Source: an uncultured virus (IMG/VR IMGVR_UViG_3300041955_001927) (lineage: Duplodnaviria > Heunggongvirae > Uroviricota > Caudoviricetes). Taken from it: a DNA stretch of 64,000 nucleotides. Made by a program: the position numbers and the translations under genes. The notes under the pieces are model-generated. The model saw only the letters and a list, made by a program, of their open reading frames with translations. It was not told the origin of the DNA and searched no databases. Of the stretch, positions 9,158 to 18,589 are shown piece after piece. The stretch is taken from IMG/VR virus record IMGVR_UViG_3300041955_001927. One strand, written 5' to 3'. Position 1 is the first letter of the stretch. Each line of letters begins with the position of its first letter.

Positions 9158-10600
9158 CTATTCGACGGGTTCTACGATACCTTTTCGCACAATTCGGCGG
9201 CCACCAGACGCAGCCGGAGCTTCAACAGCAGGGCGGACCACGCGGACGGTCCGAATGCCGGGTCGCAAGCCGCCAGCCATCTCATGCTCAGTCGGCAAGA
9301 AACTAACGACATCGCCAATCTGCCCTCTAAGTGCCAGGGACCGAACGCGCACTGCGGTCTCCACTGCGTTACGAATGCTTCGCAGTGTACCCAGCATCCT
9401 GGACAGCGCAACCGCAGTCTGGGGCACTGTTACATTGATTTCCGGCATCGAGTCACGCTCGAACGTCTCCTCCATGCTGCGCAGCCGGGAGCAGTCGATC
9501 AAGAGGTCGGCAAGAAATTCGTCATATTGAGCAGCCTCCGTCTCCGCAGCAAAGGCGCTCTTTCGTCGCACAGGGGTACCAGACAGCCAGCGCGCGAGAT
9601 CTTCCGGAAGACCTGCACTTTTATGAAGGACATCCAGCGCCGCCTTTCTGGCCCGGGAGTCGTTCCCGGCGGCCAGTACCAGCCGCGAGTACAATCCGTC
9701 ATCTGCGACGCCTGCCCTCACAAGAAGTTCGAGCGCCTCTTTCAGATCCCTCGCGATCAGGTTGGCGGACGGAGACTGTTCCGCAAAATTCTCCCAACTG
9801 TAGTCGCGGTACCAACCGCGGACCACTTCCATCGCCGAGTAGGTCTCCTCGGAAGTGACACAGGAGAAGCGCGCCCTTACGATCCCCTGAACGAGCCTCA
9901 GCGTTTCTTCCGCGAGTTCGTTGATGACTCCCGGGTTCACAGCAGCAGGCACGTTTTGCATAGATTCAACGAGAAATTTTCGCAGGCAAACGCCAGCAGA
10001 CTCCCCCGGTTCCTTTGGCGCCGTTGAGTACACCGAATTTATGCTCTCCAGCACTCGACGGAGTCGCTTAGCCTTACTGTCACCGGGCTTCTCGGTGTCA
10101 AAATTCAGCCGACGCATCGGCTCAGTCAGTTCAACCAGCGCGCCAGCGAGGTCTGGCGAAAGGGAGAGCACGCCTTCGATACATTCGAGTCGAACGGGAT
10201 CGGAGCCTTCCTCCTGAATGGCACCTGCTGCAAGGTATGACCTGACCCAAGGCTGTTCCACGAACCGCCAGCAGGTGGCCACGTAACGTCGATCATCCGG
10301 ATCGGGCACTGTCTCCAAGGGTGCCAGGCGATTAACCAGGCCGATCTTGAGGCTTTCAGTTATCCGATCCCGCCACTGCTTAAATAGCGCCGCGCTCTGC
10401 AGAAGGATGGCTGCAACCGTGAGGCGCTCCGCGTCATCTTTCGACTCACGAAGCGCCTGCGACAGAGCCTCGATTCCTCTAGCGAATTCTGGCTCTTTAG
10501 CCGCACGGTGATGCTGCTTGAGTTTCTTCAGGTTGGAAAAGCCTTCGGCTTGCGCCGCGACGCTTTCACCCGCTGCAAAGATTTTCAGGTCACGATCCAT
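9158..10600 (-). CDS. Helical-repeat protein with C-terminal GrpE-like head
   Basis: Mostly helical; ends ...ALRGQIGDVVSFLPTEHEM...TVRVVRPAV...RIVRKGIVE, resembling the GrpE G-x-x-FDPxxHEA...V..V...G...R..R.A.V pattern. Confidence 0.6.
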   Translation of the reverse strand: MDRDLKIFAAGESVAAQAEGFSNLKKLKQHHRAAKEPEFARGIEALSQALRESKDDAERLTVAAILLQSAALFKQWRDRITESLKIGLVNRLAPLETVPDPDDRRYVATCWRFVEQPWVRSYLAAGAIQEEGSDPVRLECIEGVLSLSPDLAGALVELTEPMRRLNFDTEKPGDSKAKRLRRVLESINSVYSTAPKEPGESAGVCLRKFLVESMQNVPAAVNPGVINELAEETLRLVQGIVRARFSCVTSEETYSAMEVVRGWYRDYSWENFAEQSPSANLIARDLKEALELLVRAGVADDGLYSRLVLAAGNDSRARKAALDVLHKSAGLPEDLARWLSGTPVRRKSAFAAETEAAQYDEFLADLLIDCSRLRSMEETFERDSMPEINVTVPQTAVALSRMLGTLRSIRNAVETAVRVRSLALRGQIGDVVSFLPTEHEMAGGLRPGIRTVRVVRPAVEAPAASGGRRIVRKGIVEPVE

Positions 10601-10633
10601 ATAAGAACTTTCGGTCGCTCGAGGCTCTTTCCG

Positions 10634-12703
10634 TTACTCCACCAGTGCCTTAAAAACGGCATCCGCCGCGTCTTTATAAAACTCAATGCTGATCCGGGTC
10701 CACAGATCGTCGGGCAAGTCGTTCAATTGCCGGCGGGCTGTCACAGGCACCAGCAGCGTCTGAGCCTGCTTGTCAATTGCGAGTTCAGCGATCTGGACCG
10801 CGTTCGGGAGCATATCGATCGAACCGCCAAGGTTAAGCGCGCCGACTACAATCGTGCCGCCTCTCGTGTTCTTACCCAGCAGCGACCCACATAGGGCTAC
10901 CAACACCGCGAGCCCCACACCGGTCCCTGATTTGTCGGCGTCGATGGCGCGCATCTGGATCGAGAATTCATGCTCGCGGGGATCCCGATCGCCGACGAGC
11001 TCCTTGGCGCGCGTGTAGAGGTTCTGCTCGCCAATCCTGACACTTTCGCGGAGAGCCGGTGGCACCGGCTGGTTCAGGATCTTTACACCGCCGCCCGGAC
11101 CCGAGGTTACCTCCAGCCGATAAAGTCCCGCGCCCGTTTCAGGCGAGCCGATGCTGACGGCCCACACTTGTCCAGGTGGCAACGGATCGCTCTCGATGGC
11201 CTCATCACTGTGCAACTCCGGTGTGGCTACAAATTGTTCGACACCCTCCGAGCCCATCGTGTAGCTGAAATGGGTGTTGCGGAACTCGCTCTTGAACACC
11301 CGCTTTTGCTGTTCCTTCACGCGGCGGCGACCTTCCAGTGCAATCCGCACGATCCACTCAAGATCGTCATCGGGAACGCCGGTTTCCGAGGAAGGAAACA
11401 GAAGTTTCAGCAAGCCGCTGACGGTCTTGTTGACCGCTTCGATATCGCGCCCACTCAAAGCGCCGCCAAGGTGGACGCGCCCCTGCATCAGGTTTACCCG
11501 GCTGCCGGCGCGCAATTTATTCCAGCACTCGCAGAGGAAATCGCTGACCAGTCCGAAGTGGTCCGTCAGATGGTCGCTCGCCTTGAGCTTCGGGAAATCC
11601 CATCCCGGCGCGAATGCGTGGAGGCGGTCCATGAACGCAGTGTCGTTGCGCATCTCCGGCGGCAGCGGGCTTAAGAGATGTCCAATCCTCTGCTGCTGTT
11701 CGACGTCGACGTCGAAGTTGCCAACCATGACGAGACTTCCGTCAGCGCGGATATTCTCTTTCCCGCGGCTGAACTGGCCCGAAGCCATGTAGCCCTTCAT
11801 GATGTTCACGCCGTCTTTTTGGTCGAATGAGATTCCGGAGATCTCGTCGAAGCAGACCACGTCGTACTGGCAGACGAGGCCGCGCTGCCCAGAGGCGTTG
11901 TTGACGAACATCTTGGCGACGGTCGCCTTGCCTCCTGAGATCAGGTGCGAGTACGGAGAGATTTGCTGGAACAGGTGGCTCTTTCCCGTTCCGCGCGGAC
12001 CGAGCTCCACGAGGTTATAGTTGCGCTCCACAAAAGGCACCATGCGGAGCAACGCCACTTTTTTCGCCCGTTCGTCCAAACTCAGGGGCTCCAGGCCGAT
12101 GGATCGCAACAGAAGATCGATCCACGCCGAGGTCGTAAACTTAGCCCGCCCCCGGGCCAGCACTTCCAGTGCATCCGACTTGGACATCTGGATGGGCCGA
12201 AGAGAATCGATCGCAAACGGCCTGCCGCTATTCTCCTGCGCCACAACGGCGTCATACGACAGCGTCACCTCGGCGTAAAAGCCGTCGGTGAGCATCCGTT
12301 CGTTCTCCCGAACCAGCTCATCGGCGATCCGGACTTCTTTCAGCGCCAGACTCGGCAGCTCGGCTACATAGCAATCGTTGCGCGTGTCGAGGCGAGCACG
12401 CACGATATCGATCAGCTTGATGGAGCCTTGTTCCTTCGCGCGCGCCTTGAAGAGCTCCTCCTCGCCGGTGCGAACTGTACGGTCTCGCAGTTGCTTCTCG
12501 ACAATCGCGAGGCCCTCTTGGATCTCCTGCTCATCGACGCTAGCGCAGTAGCGCCCTAACAGGAACTCGACCACGTAAGTGGGCACCGGGTATTGCCGCG
12601 AGTACTTCCGAACCAGATCCTTCCGGACGAGATATCCGTCAAAGGCTGCAGCGGCAAGTGTGTCCAAATTGTCCAGCTTTGCATCCATTGAGCCTGCGTT
12701 CAT
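10634..12703 (-). CDS. brxL: BREX Lon-related ATPase BrxL
   Basis: VPTYVVEFLLGRYC, ELGPRGTGKS Walker A, YDVVCFDE, MKGYMASGQFSRG, DTAFMDRLH, Lon-like C-term; ATGA overlap with pglZ. Confidence 0.92.
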   Translation of the reverse strand: MNAGSMDAKLDNLDTLAAAAFDGYLVRKDLVRKYSRQYPVPTYVVEFLLGRYCASVDEQEIQEGLAIVEKQLRDRTVRTGEEELFKARAKEQGSIKLIDIVRARLDTRNDCYVAELPSLALKEVRIADELVRENERMLTDGFYAEVTLSYDAVVAQENSGRPFAIDSLRPIQMSKSDALEVLARGRAKFTTSAWIDLLLRSIGLEPLSLDERAKKVALLRMVPFVERNYNLVELGPRGTGKSHLFQQISPYSHLISGGKATVAKMFVNNASGQRGLVCQYDVVCFDEISGISFDQKDGVNIMKGYMASGQFSRGKENIRADGSLVMVGNFDVDVEQQQRIGHLLSPLPPEMRNDTAFMDRLHAFAPGWDFPKLKASDHLTDHFGLVSDFLCECWNKLRAGSRVNLMQGRVHLGGALSGRDIEAVNKTVSGLLKLLFPSSETGVPDDDLEWIVRIALEGRRRVKEQQKRVFKSEFRNTHFSYTMGSEGVEQFVATPELHSDEAIESDPLPPGQVWAVSIGSPETGAGLYRLEVTSGPGGGVKILNQPVPPALRESVRIGEQNLYTRAKELVGDRDPREHEFSIQMRAIDADKSGTGVGLAVLVALCGSLLGKNTRGGTIVVGALNLGGSIDMLPNAVQIAELAIDKQAQTLLVPVTARRQLNDLPDDLWTRISIEFYKDAADAVFKALVE

Positions 12704-15036
12704 GCTTTCTCCCCTACGCACGTGGTCTGACTTGCGATTACCTTTCCTTCGGGGTCCATCAAAACCACAAAAGCCGCGGCGCCCTCATGGGTGTCGTCGG
12801 GAACCGCCAGGCTCACTTCGCCGCTGGCGCCCACCTCTTTAACCACTGCGGCAATGCTGGTCCCTTCCTGCTTCCAGCTCTTTCGCAAATCCACGCGCAC
12901 CCTCGGTTCATTCGATTCCACCCTGACGCGACATCTCATTCCACGCCACTCGACCGACTGGATCACTGCGTAGATCGCGTTTGTGCCCCGTTCGACCACC
13001 AATTCCGGGACAACGCATTCCTGGGGGCTGATACCGCCGTGCGCATAGTTTTCACCGGCCCGGAAACAGGCAATCCCGGGCGGCGAGGCGATTCTCACTT
13101 CGGCGTTCCAGTACCAGGAGGAGACGGGAACAGACAGATCGGGCTGGCCCTTCACAAGTGCGCATCTCGCCCATTTGGTTTCGACCAGGTATGCGGGAAG
13201 GTCGACCTTCGGCAGTCCGCCCGGCAGCAAAAGCCAACCATGGTCGGTGACAATCCGGACGCGACGCCAACCGGCATCCAACAAACCGAAGGCGCGTTCC
13301 GCGATCCGGTCAACCTCACCCTCCAGCTGATAGACCAACTCACTCTGCAGCTTATGGCCGAGGCTGTCGATGGCACCGGACTCCGTCCATCCGCCTCCAC
13401 TTGTTCCGGCGGGTATGCGCGTCTCCGTCGAATCCAGGACTTCGATACCCTCGTCCTCGAGTCGCTGTCGCAGCAATGGGGCGATCAGCGGTTTCCACCC
13501 TGACTTCGACTCGATAAATGGCGTGAAGTCCACCCCGTCCCCACCCTTGATGCCAGCGGTGATCGGGGTGGCTGCGGGCTTTGCCGTAGCAGTAACAGTC
13601 GGCAAAGCCGCCAGCCGATGTGTCATAACCACTCGCAGGGACCGCGCTTCGAGTCTTGCCGCCAGCTTGCCGGCAAGATCGAATCGGAGCCCGTCCACGA
13701 ACATCAGGCAAGTATCCTTCTCCGCAGTTGACCGGCCAACGGCCTTCCTCGCTTCGCCGGGTTCCCTGGCAACGAGCGACTGGAAATGCCGGGCGGAAGA
13801 ATCCAGCCAGGGCTCATAGAGAGACCGGACCACCTTGCCCAGCACGGTCGCATCCGCTGCGTTACGGGCGCGGGCCATCGCTTCCATCGCACCGCTATCG
13901 CATTCCCATCCACTATCGGCGTAAGAGGCGGCGGCGGCCGAGAGTGTGGCTCCGTCCACTGGCTTTCGTGCAGTCTGGGCCAACCGCGCTAACGGTCGCA
14001 GTGCCAACGCCCACGGGCTGAGATCCGTTCTGGCCCAAACCCAATCGCGTCGCACAGCGTGACGAGCTTCTAGCTCCAACACTCGTGCGCAGGCGGCTGA
14101 GTGTGGCAGTTGCGCCGCAGCGTCCAGGTCGCGGCGGAGTTCAGCCTCTTCGCGCTCATTGATGCTTGGATCGCGGGAAGGATCGAGCGTCAGTAATCCC
14201 TGCCCGGCCCCCGTCGGTTCCCGAAGGAGACGGGCGACACCCGGATAAATTTGCGGAGCTTCAGAGAAACGATTCCAGACGCGGTCCAGTCGCATCTCAG
14301 CGCGAAGGAGCAGGCCCGCCACCTCAGCTGCGGGAATTCGATCCGGATCGAAGCCAAATTCCGACTGGCAAAGGTTTCGGAACGATTCCCATCGCGCACC
14401 CTTCGCGCTGGATTCGAAAGTCTCCGGATTATTGAGCCACAGCAGCAGGTCGCGGACCGGATCCTGTACGGAAAGTTTGTCGAAGTCGTCGGAGTCCAGC
14501 CGCCGGCCTTTAAGGGTTCGAGTGTCGGCCTGCGCCAACAGCGGGAGCGCCCGGAGGAATGCTTCCTCGGTACGCCGGTCAGAGGCGACATCCAAACCGA
14601 GGCCCTCATCGGAGACCAGAAACGACCTGACGGTCCAGTCATTTCCGCTCTTCGGTTGATACCAGGCGCGGCCCCGATATTGAAGCTCCACAAGGGGCTG
14701 CAGCGACGGCGGGCAATCGCCGGCGGCTCGCAGATCCTGACGGTTGACGCGTGGCAGGTAAAGTACGGGTGTTTCCCCGGTCGGCGGCGCTTCTGGGACG
14801 GTTCGATCAACGATGCACCTGAGCCATATAGCGGGTCCAGTACGAGCCTCTCGATCAAAGCGACCCAACGTATAGAAATTCGGCAATGCGGCTCGCAGAC
14901 TCTCGGCCAACGGCAACCATTGGCCCTCCGTGTCAGTCCAGAGCAGGGCGACGGGCTGAGCTGTGCCTTCCGCCGCTCGAGTTGAGGCCGCCAGTGACTG
15001 TTTCAGCGCGTCGAGCAAGCTTCGCACTTCCTTCAC
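12700..15036 (-). CDS. pglZ: BREX phosphatase PglZ (type B-like)
   Basis: MFVDGLRFD, ALPTVTATAK, IDxxGH, IVTDHGW, YAHGGISPQECVVP alkaline-phosphatase-fold motifs. Confidence 0.92.
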   Translation of the reverse strand: MKEVRSLLDALKQSLAASTRAAEGTAQPVALLWTDTEGQWLPLAESLRAALPNFYTLGRFDREARTGPAIWLRCIVDRTVPEAPPTGETPVLYLPRVNRQDLRAAGDCPPSLQPLVELQYRGRAWYQPKSGNDWTVRSFLVSDEGLGLDVASDRRTEEAFLRALPLLAQADTRTLKGRRLDSDDFDKLSVQDPVRDLLLWLNNPETFESSAKGARWESFRNLCQSEFGFDPDRIPAAEVAGLLLRAEMRLDRVWNRFSEAPQIYPGVARLLREPTGAGQGLLTLDPSRDPSINEREEAELRRDLDAAAQLPHSAACARVLELEARHAVRRDWVWARTDLSPWALALRPLARLAQTARKPVDGATLSAAAASYADSGWECDSGAMEAMARARNAADATVLGKVVRSLYEPWLDSSARHFQSLVAREPGEARKAVGRSTAEKDTCLMFVDGLRFDLAGKLAARLEARSLRVVMTHRLAALPTVTATAKPAATPITAGIKGGDGVDFTPFIESKSGWKPLIAPLLRQRLEDEGIEVLDSTETRIPAGTSGGGWTESGAIDSLGHKLQSELVYQLEGEVDRIAERAFGLLDAGWRRVRIVTDHGWLLLPGGLPKVDLPAYLVETKWARCALVKGQPDLSVPVSSWYWNAEVRIASPPGIACFRAGENYAHGGISPQECVVPELVVERGTNAIYAVIQSVEWRGMRCRVRVESNEPRVRVDLRKSWKQEGTSIAAVVKEVGASGEVSLAVPDDTHEGAAAFVVLMDPEGKVIASQTTCVGEKA

Positions 15037-15149
15037 AGCAGCCTTCCTTGCTCAGCCACTTCTAGGGTTCGTCTAGCCATCTCTTCAATGCGCCCCGCCA
15101 CTTTCGCGATCAGATCGAGTGACACGGAGTTCTGTCGTCCCAAGTTCAC
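15033..15149 (-). CDS. 38-aa ORF coupled between pglX and pglZ
   Basis: GTG start overlaps the pglX stop (GTGA) after AGGAGG; its TGA overlaps the pglZ GTG; MNLGRQNSVSLDLIAKVAGRIEEMARRTLEVAEQGRLL. Confidence 0.5.
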   Translation of the reverse strand: MNLGRQNSVSLDLIAKVAGRIEEMARRTLEVAEQGRLL

Positions 15150-18100
15150 GCGCCCTCCTTCTTTCGTCTGCGTTCCCGGGCCTGTTGCTTGGCAGTAGGT
15201 GAGTAGTGCAGATCATTCCATCGCGCGCCGTCGAACTCATTGCCACCTTCGAAGTCTTCTGTCTGACCGTCCCATGCCCAGAACCAAGGGAAATCCTCCT
15301 TCGTGCGCCAGTGCTCCTTGCCTTTGTCCTTCCCGTATGAAACTGCAGGTGTGACGCGTAGGATACAAGAGCCCTTTTTCGGTTTGGTACTTGGAGCTAG
15401 GTTTGCCGTAAGCCATGGGCGGATGTTCATTCGAACTCCGTCATTGAGATCCGGATCCCAACTTATGGGTTGTTGGTCCAGCGGCTTCCACCGGACGAAA
15501 ATGTCATACGGCTTCTCGCCCGCGAGGATTTTCTCAAGTTCTCCCTTTAAATGGAGGGCCGCCGTTAAGCGCCCATCAGCGCCTTCGGAGCCGGAGGCGA
15601 CTTCCGCTCTTTGACGTGTGATCCAGTCGCCCAATGAAGTGAAGATTAGCTTCTCGAGGCTTTTCCGCCCCTCTCCATTCGGTGCTGCCAGCTTGTGGTA
15701 GTTCACCAGGACGTGGAAGCCGTCATCGCGACCGTCCCATATGTGCCACACGAATGGGCATTGCTGAAATGTTCGGCAGTGCTCTTCGAAAAACTGGTCA
15801 CGTAACCAGAGTTCGAGAGATTCAGCACCGTTCAACAAATCAGTGAGCTTTGCGGAAGACCAGTCACTCCCGTAGGCATCAGCAAGCAAGGCCCGAAGTC
15901 GGTCTGCGGCGCTCGCCTCGCCCCCAATGGAGCTTAGGCACACAATGCCGTCGTTATCGGCATGCTTCTTTAACCTGTCAGCATCAAGCGACGGGCAACT
16001 CGGAAAACTGGATCCCGTTTGGCGAGGCCAGCGATAGCCCACCAATCGCGCCACCGCCGTTTGAAGAGGCAGGTTGGAAGTCGAAACACTCCCGTCACAA
16101 GTTACCTGGTCAAGAGCTGCAATCGGGGCGGAAGGGAGGCCGCCGAGGAGGTTCTTCGTAGCCTTGTCGCGCCATTCTTCGATGTTGAAAGGCACATCAG
16201 TAATGACGCTAGTAGCGGCCGACACGCGAGGGTCGATAGTCCGCACATACCGTTCATATTCTGACGATCGCAAGAACGAGTAAATAGGCAGCAAATCCGT
16301 CTCGTTCTTCGGGCAGACCAACACAGCCCCTTTGGAGAAGCATCCGCCATTAAAAAGCGTCGCGGTTATTCCGCGGACTCGTCCAACCAGAACCCCCATT
16401 CGGCTCCACATCTGCGTGTTCTGAATGCGGGCCTGGGTGCTTTTCGACAGCTCGCCGGTCCCTTTTTGCCAAAACACGACCAATGAAGAGTCACAGTACT
16501 CAGAGTCCACATAGCCAGGGCCGCAATAGCTGTACCAATCTCCCTCGCAGCCGACTTCCCAGAAGCGTCGCAAGAAACGATTTGCGTCTCCTGTCGAAGA
16601 GCCTTCACCTGAGTTGACAAATTGCGATAGCGAGGTGCCTTCTCGCCGCTCTGCAATTGAGATTCTCGACCCTCGAGAGCCTGCAAGGGCCGACTGGCTC
16701 AGTGTATTCAGAGCTGGCGAGCAATTGACACCTGGAACTTCCTCACCGCGCATGAGGGCAGCTTTTGCCTCCATGTCTACAACCGGCGATCCAGGTTTTG
16801 TTGATACATCCAAACCAAGGAACCGTTGATCCTGGGCCGGGGCGTGGGATTGCGCTACCAACAAGACCGTGTTGGGCCCACGATTCCCGAAAGTCCACCA
16901 AGCCTCCTCGCCTAGTACAACCGCGATTCGAAAACTCACCTCGTGGAGGAACCGCTTGCGAAAGGCGCCGTAGTCTCGGCCCACCCACCAGTTCTGAGGA
17001 AGAACAAGGGCAAGCCCACCTCCGTGACTCAGAAATGTTCTGCAGCGGTGGAGCATAAGGGTCGCCAAGTCCGCTGCCGCGTCACTGGCATACCCTTCTG
17101 CAAAGCGAGCGAGGGTCTCGCAATGGCCCTCTCTACCGAGGTACGGAACATTAGTGCAGACAAGCGAGAACTTGGACGTCAAGAACTTCGTTGCTGTAGC
17201 TATGCCGCTTGCGGCAATCGCCAGCTCTCGAATTTCATCACTCGACTGCTCGGAAGCGATGGCACGCTCAAAGATCGCTCTGATTTCTTGGTACTCCGCA
17301 ACAAAGAGATTCGCCGATAATTTTGTTGGATCGATCAAGCTGCCCAATACTGACGCATTCGAGAACAGACTATAGAGCTTGCTCAGGGTTTCTCTGGCGC
17401 GCCCGTCACCACCAGCAAGCCGCAGCCAATCAGTTTCGGGTGCGTTGATACTCAGTCCCGAACAGGCGAGGTTCAATTGAGGCAACGCAAAGTGCCCGCC
17501 GGCCAGACGCCAAGCCGCCAGCGCCAGATTGAACGCTGCGATCTGGGAACACCTCGGATCTAACTCCAACCCGAAGAGGTTGTCCCGGAGTGTGGCGACA
17601 ATGGCCTCCTGAAGCGACAGCCCTTCCTCGTCCATGCGCATGTGGGCCAGGATTGGCAACGCGAACGCCAAGAAGTGCCCACTGCCCATCGACGGATCCA
17701 GCACGCGAAGGTTACACGCCGATCGGGGCCAGTCTTCAAATGATCCGCCCGCGGGAGAGCCATCCTCCTGCATGCGCAAATAGCTCCAATCGTATCCAGG
17801 CAAGGCTGGACCCTGGCCTAAGGCGCGGCGCTTTGCTGCCCACCAAGCGCCCAATGTGTTCTCGAGCAGAAAGAGGACCATGTAGTCCTCGGTGAAGAGT
17901 TGTGTGACGGCAGGGAGTTCATCGCCACCGATCTTAACTTCGGACTTGTTGACCCGATCCTTTTCATCCCTTTGCCAGAACTGGTAAACCCACCCGAGGC
18001 TGTCGTCGGCTCGAAAAACCTCTGCTGGTAGCGTTGAGAGCTTCTCCTCGAGTTGCTGGCGTGTTTCCGGGGGAAGTGAGACGCGCAGCACCGGATCATC

Positions 18101-18580
18101 TGGCTGGAAAACGGAGAGTAACATCTTTTGCGCAAGCTCCGCCGCAATCTCAAGCCAATCCCGGTTCTGTTCGCGCGCCAGTTCCCGGACCTCCTCAAGG
18201 GTCATGGCCATGCCGTGATCCGCATCCAACAAAAGGTCGTTCTCTGCGAGGAATCGCGCAAAGAGCATCCGGTGCCAATGCTCGTAGGCGCAGGCTTGCA
18301 CCAGGTGATCGATGTCCTGCGTGTCCCGCCGATCATCGCGCCGGTCGCCGAGTTGGCGGCCGTGGGCACGAAGTTGGTTGCGCAGGTCGCGCGCCGCGGC
18401 TTTTTCTGACCGAGTCTGTGGCGAGTCGCCTTCAATGTCCTTCATATGCGGCCACGGTTCATGGTGGTGGACCGCATACTCACCGACGAGAACTTTGCGA
18501 GCACCCGCCTCGGCGATGGCTCGTGCCTGGGCCACTGTGTTTTCCAGCAGTCGGCGATGATCTCGGTTCAATGTTGGCAT
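15146..18580 (-). CDS. pglX: BREX adenine methyltransferase PglX (BrxX)
   Basis: LGWVYQFW, PAVTQLFTEDYMV, VLDPSMGSGHFL (motif I), TNVPYL (motif IV variant), WDPDLNDGVRMNIRP. Confidence 0.9.
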   Translation of the reverse strand: MPTLNRDHRRLLENTVAQARAIAEAGARKVLVGEYAVHHHEPWPHMKDIEGDSPQTRSEKAAARDLRNQLRAHGRQLGDRRDDRRDTQDIDHLVQACAYEHWHRMLFARFLAENDLLLDADHGMAMTLEEVRELAREQNRDWLEIAAELAQKMLLSVFQPDDPVLRVSLPPETRQQLEEKLSTLPAEVFRADDSLGWVYQFWQRDEKDRVNKSEVKIGGDELPAVTQLFTEDYMVLFLLENTLGAWWAAKRRALGQGPALPGYDWSYLRMQEDGSPAGGSFEDWPRSACNLRVLDPSMGSGHFLAFALPILAHMRMDEEGLSLQEAIVATLRDNLFGLELDPRCSQIAAFNLALAAWRLAGGHFALPQLNLACSGLSINAPETDWLRLAGGDGRARETLSKLYSLFSNASVLGSLIDPTKLSANLFVAEYQEIRAIFERAIASEQSSDEIRELAIAASGIATATKFLTSKFSLVCTNVPYLGREGHCETLARFAEGYASDAAADLATLMLHRCRTFLSHGGGLALVLPQNWWVGRDYGAFRKRFLHEVSFRIAVVLGEEAWWTFGNRGPNTVLLVAQSHAPAQDQRFLGLDVSTKPGSPVVDMEAKAALMRGEEVPGVNCSPALNTLSQSALAGSRGSRISIAERREGTSLSQFVNSGEGSSTGDANRFLRRFWEVGCEGDWYSYCGPGYVDSEYCDSSLVVFWQKGTGELSKSTQARIQNTQMWSRMGVLVGRVRGITATLFNGGCFSKGAVLVCPKNETDLLPIYSFLRSSEYERYVRTIDPRVSAATSVITDVPFNIEEWRDKATKNLLGGLPSAPIAALDQVTCDGSVSTSNLPLQTAVARLVGYRWPRQTGSSFPSCPSLDADRLKKHADNDGIVCLSSIGGEASAADRLRALLADAYGSDWSSAKLTDLLNGAESLELWLRDQFFEEHCRTFQQCPFVWHIWDGRDDGFHVLVNYHKLAAPNGEGRKSLEKLIFTSLGDWITRQRAEVASGSEGADGRLTAALHLKGELEKILAGEKPYDIFVRWKPLDQQPISWDPDLNDGVRMNIRPWLTANLAPSTKPKKGSCILRVTPAVSYGKDKGKEHWRTKEDFPWFWAWDGQTEDFEGGNEFDGARWNDLHYSPTAKQQARERRRKKEGA

Positions 18581-18589
18581 GGCGTTCTC

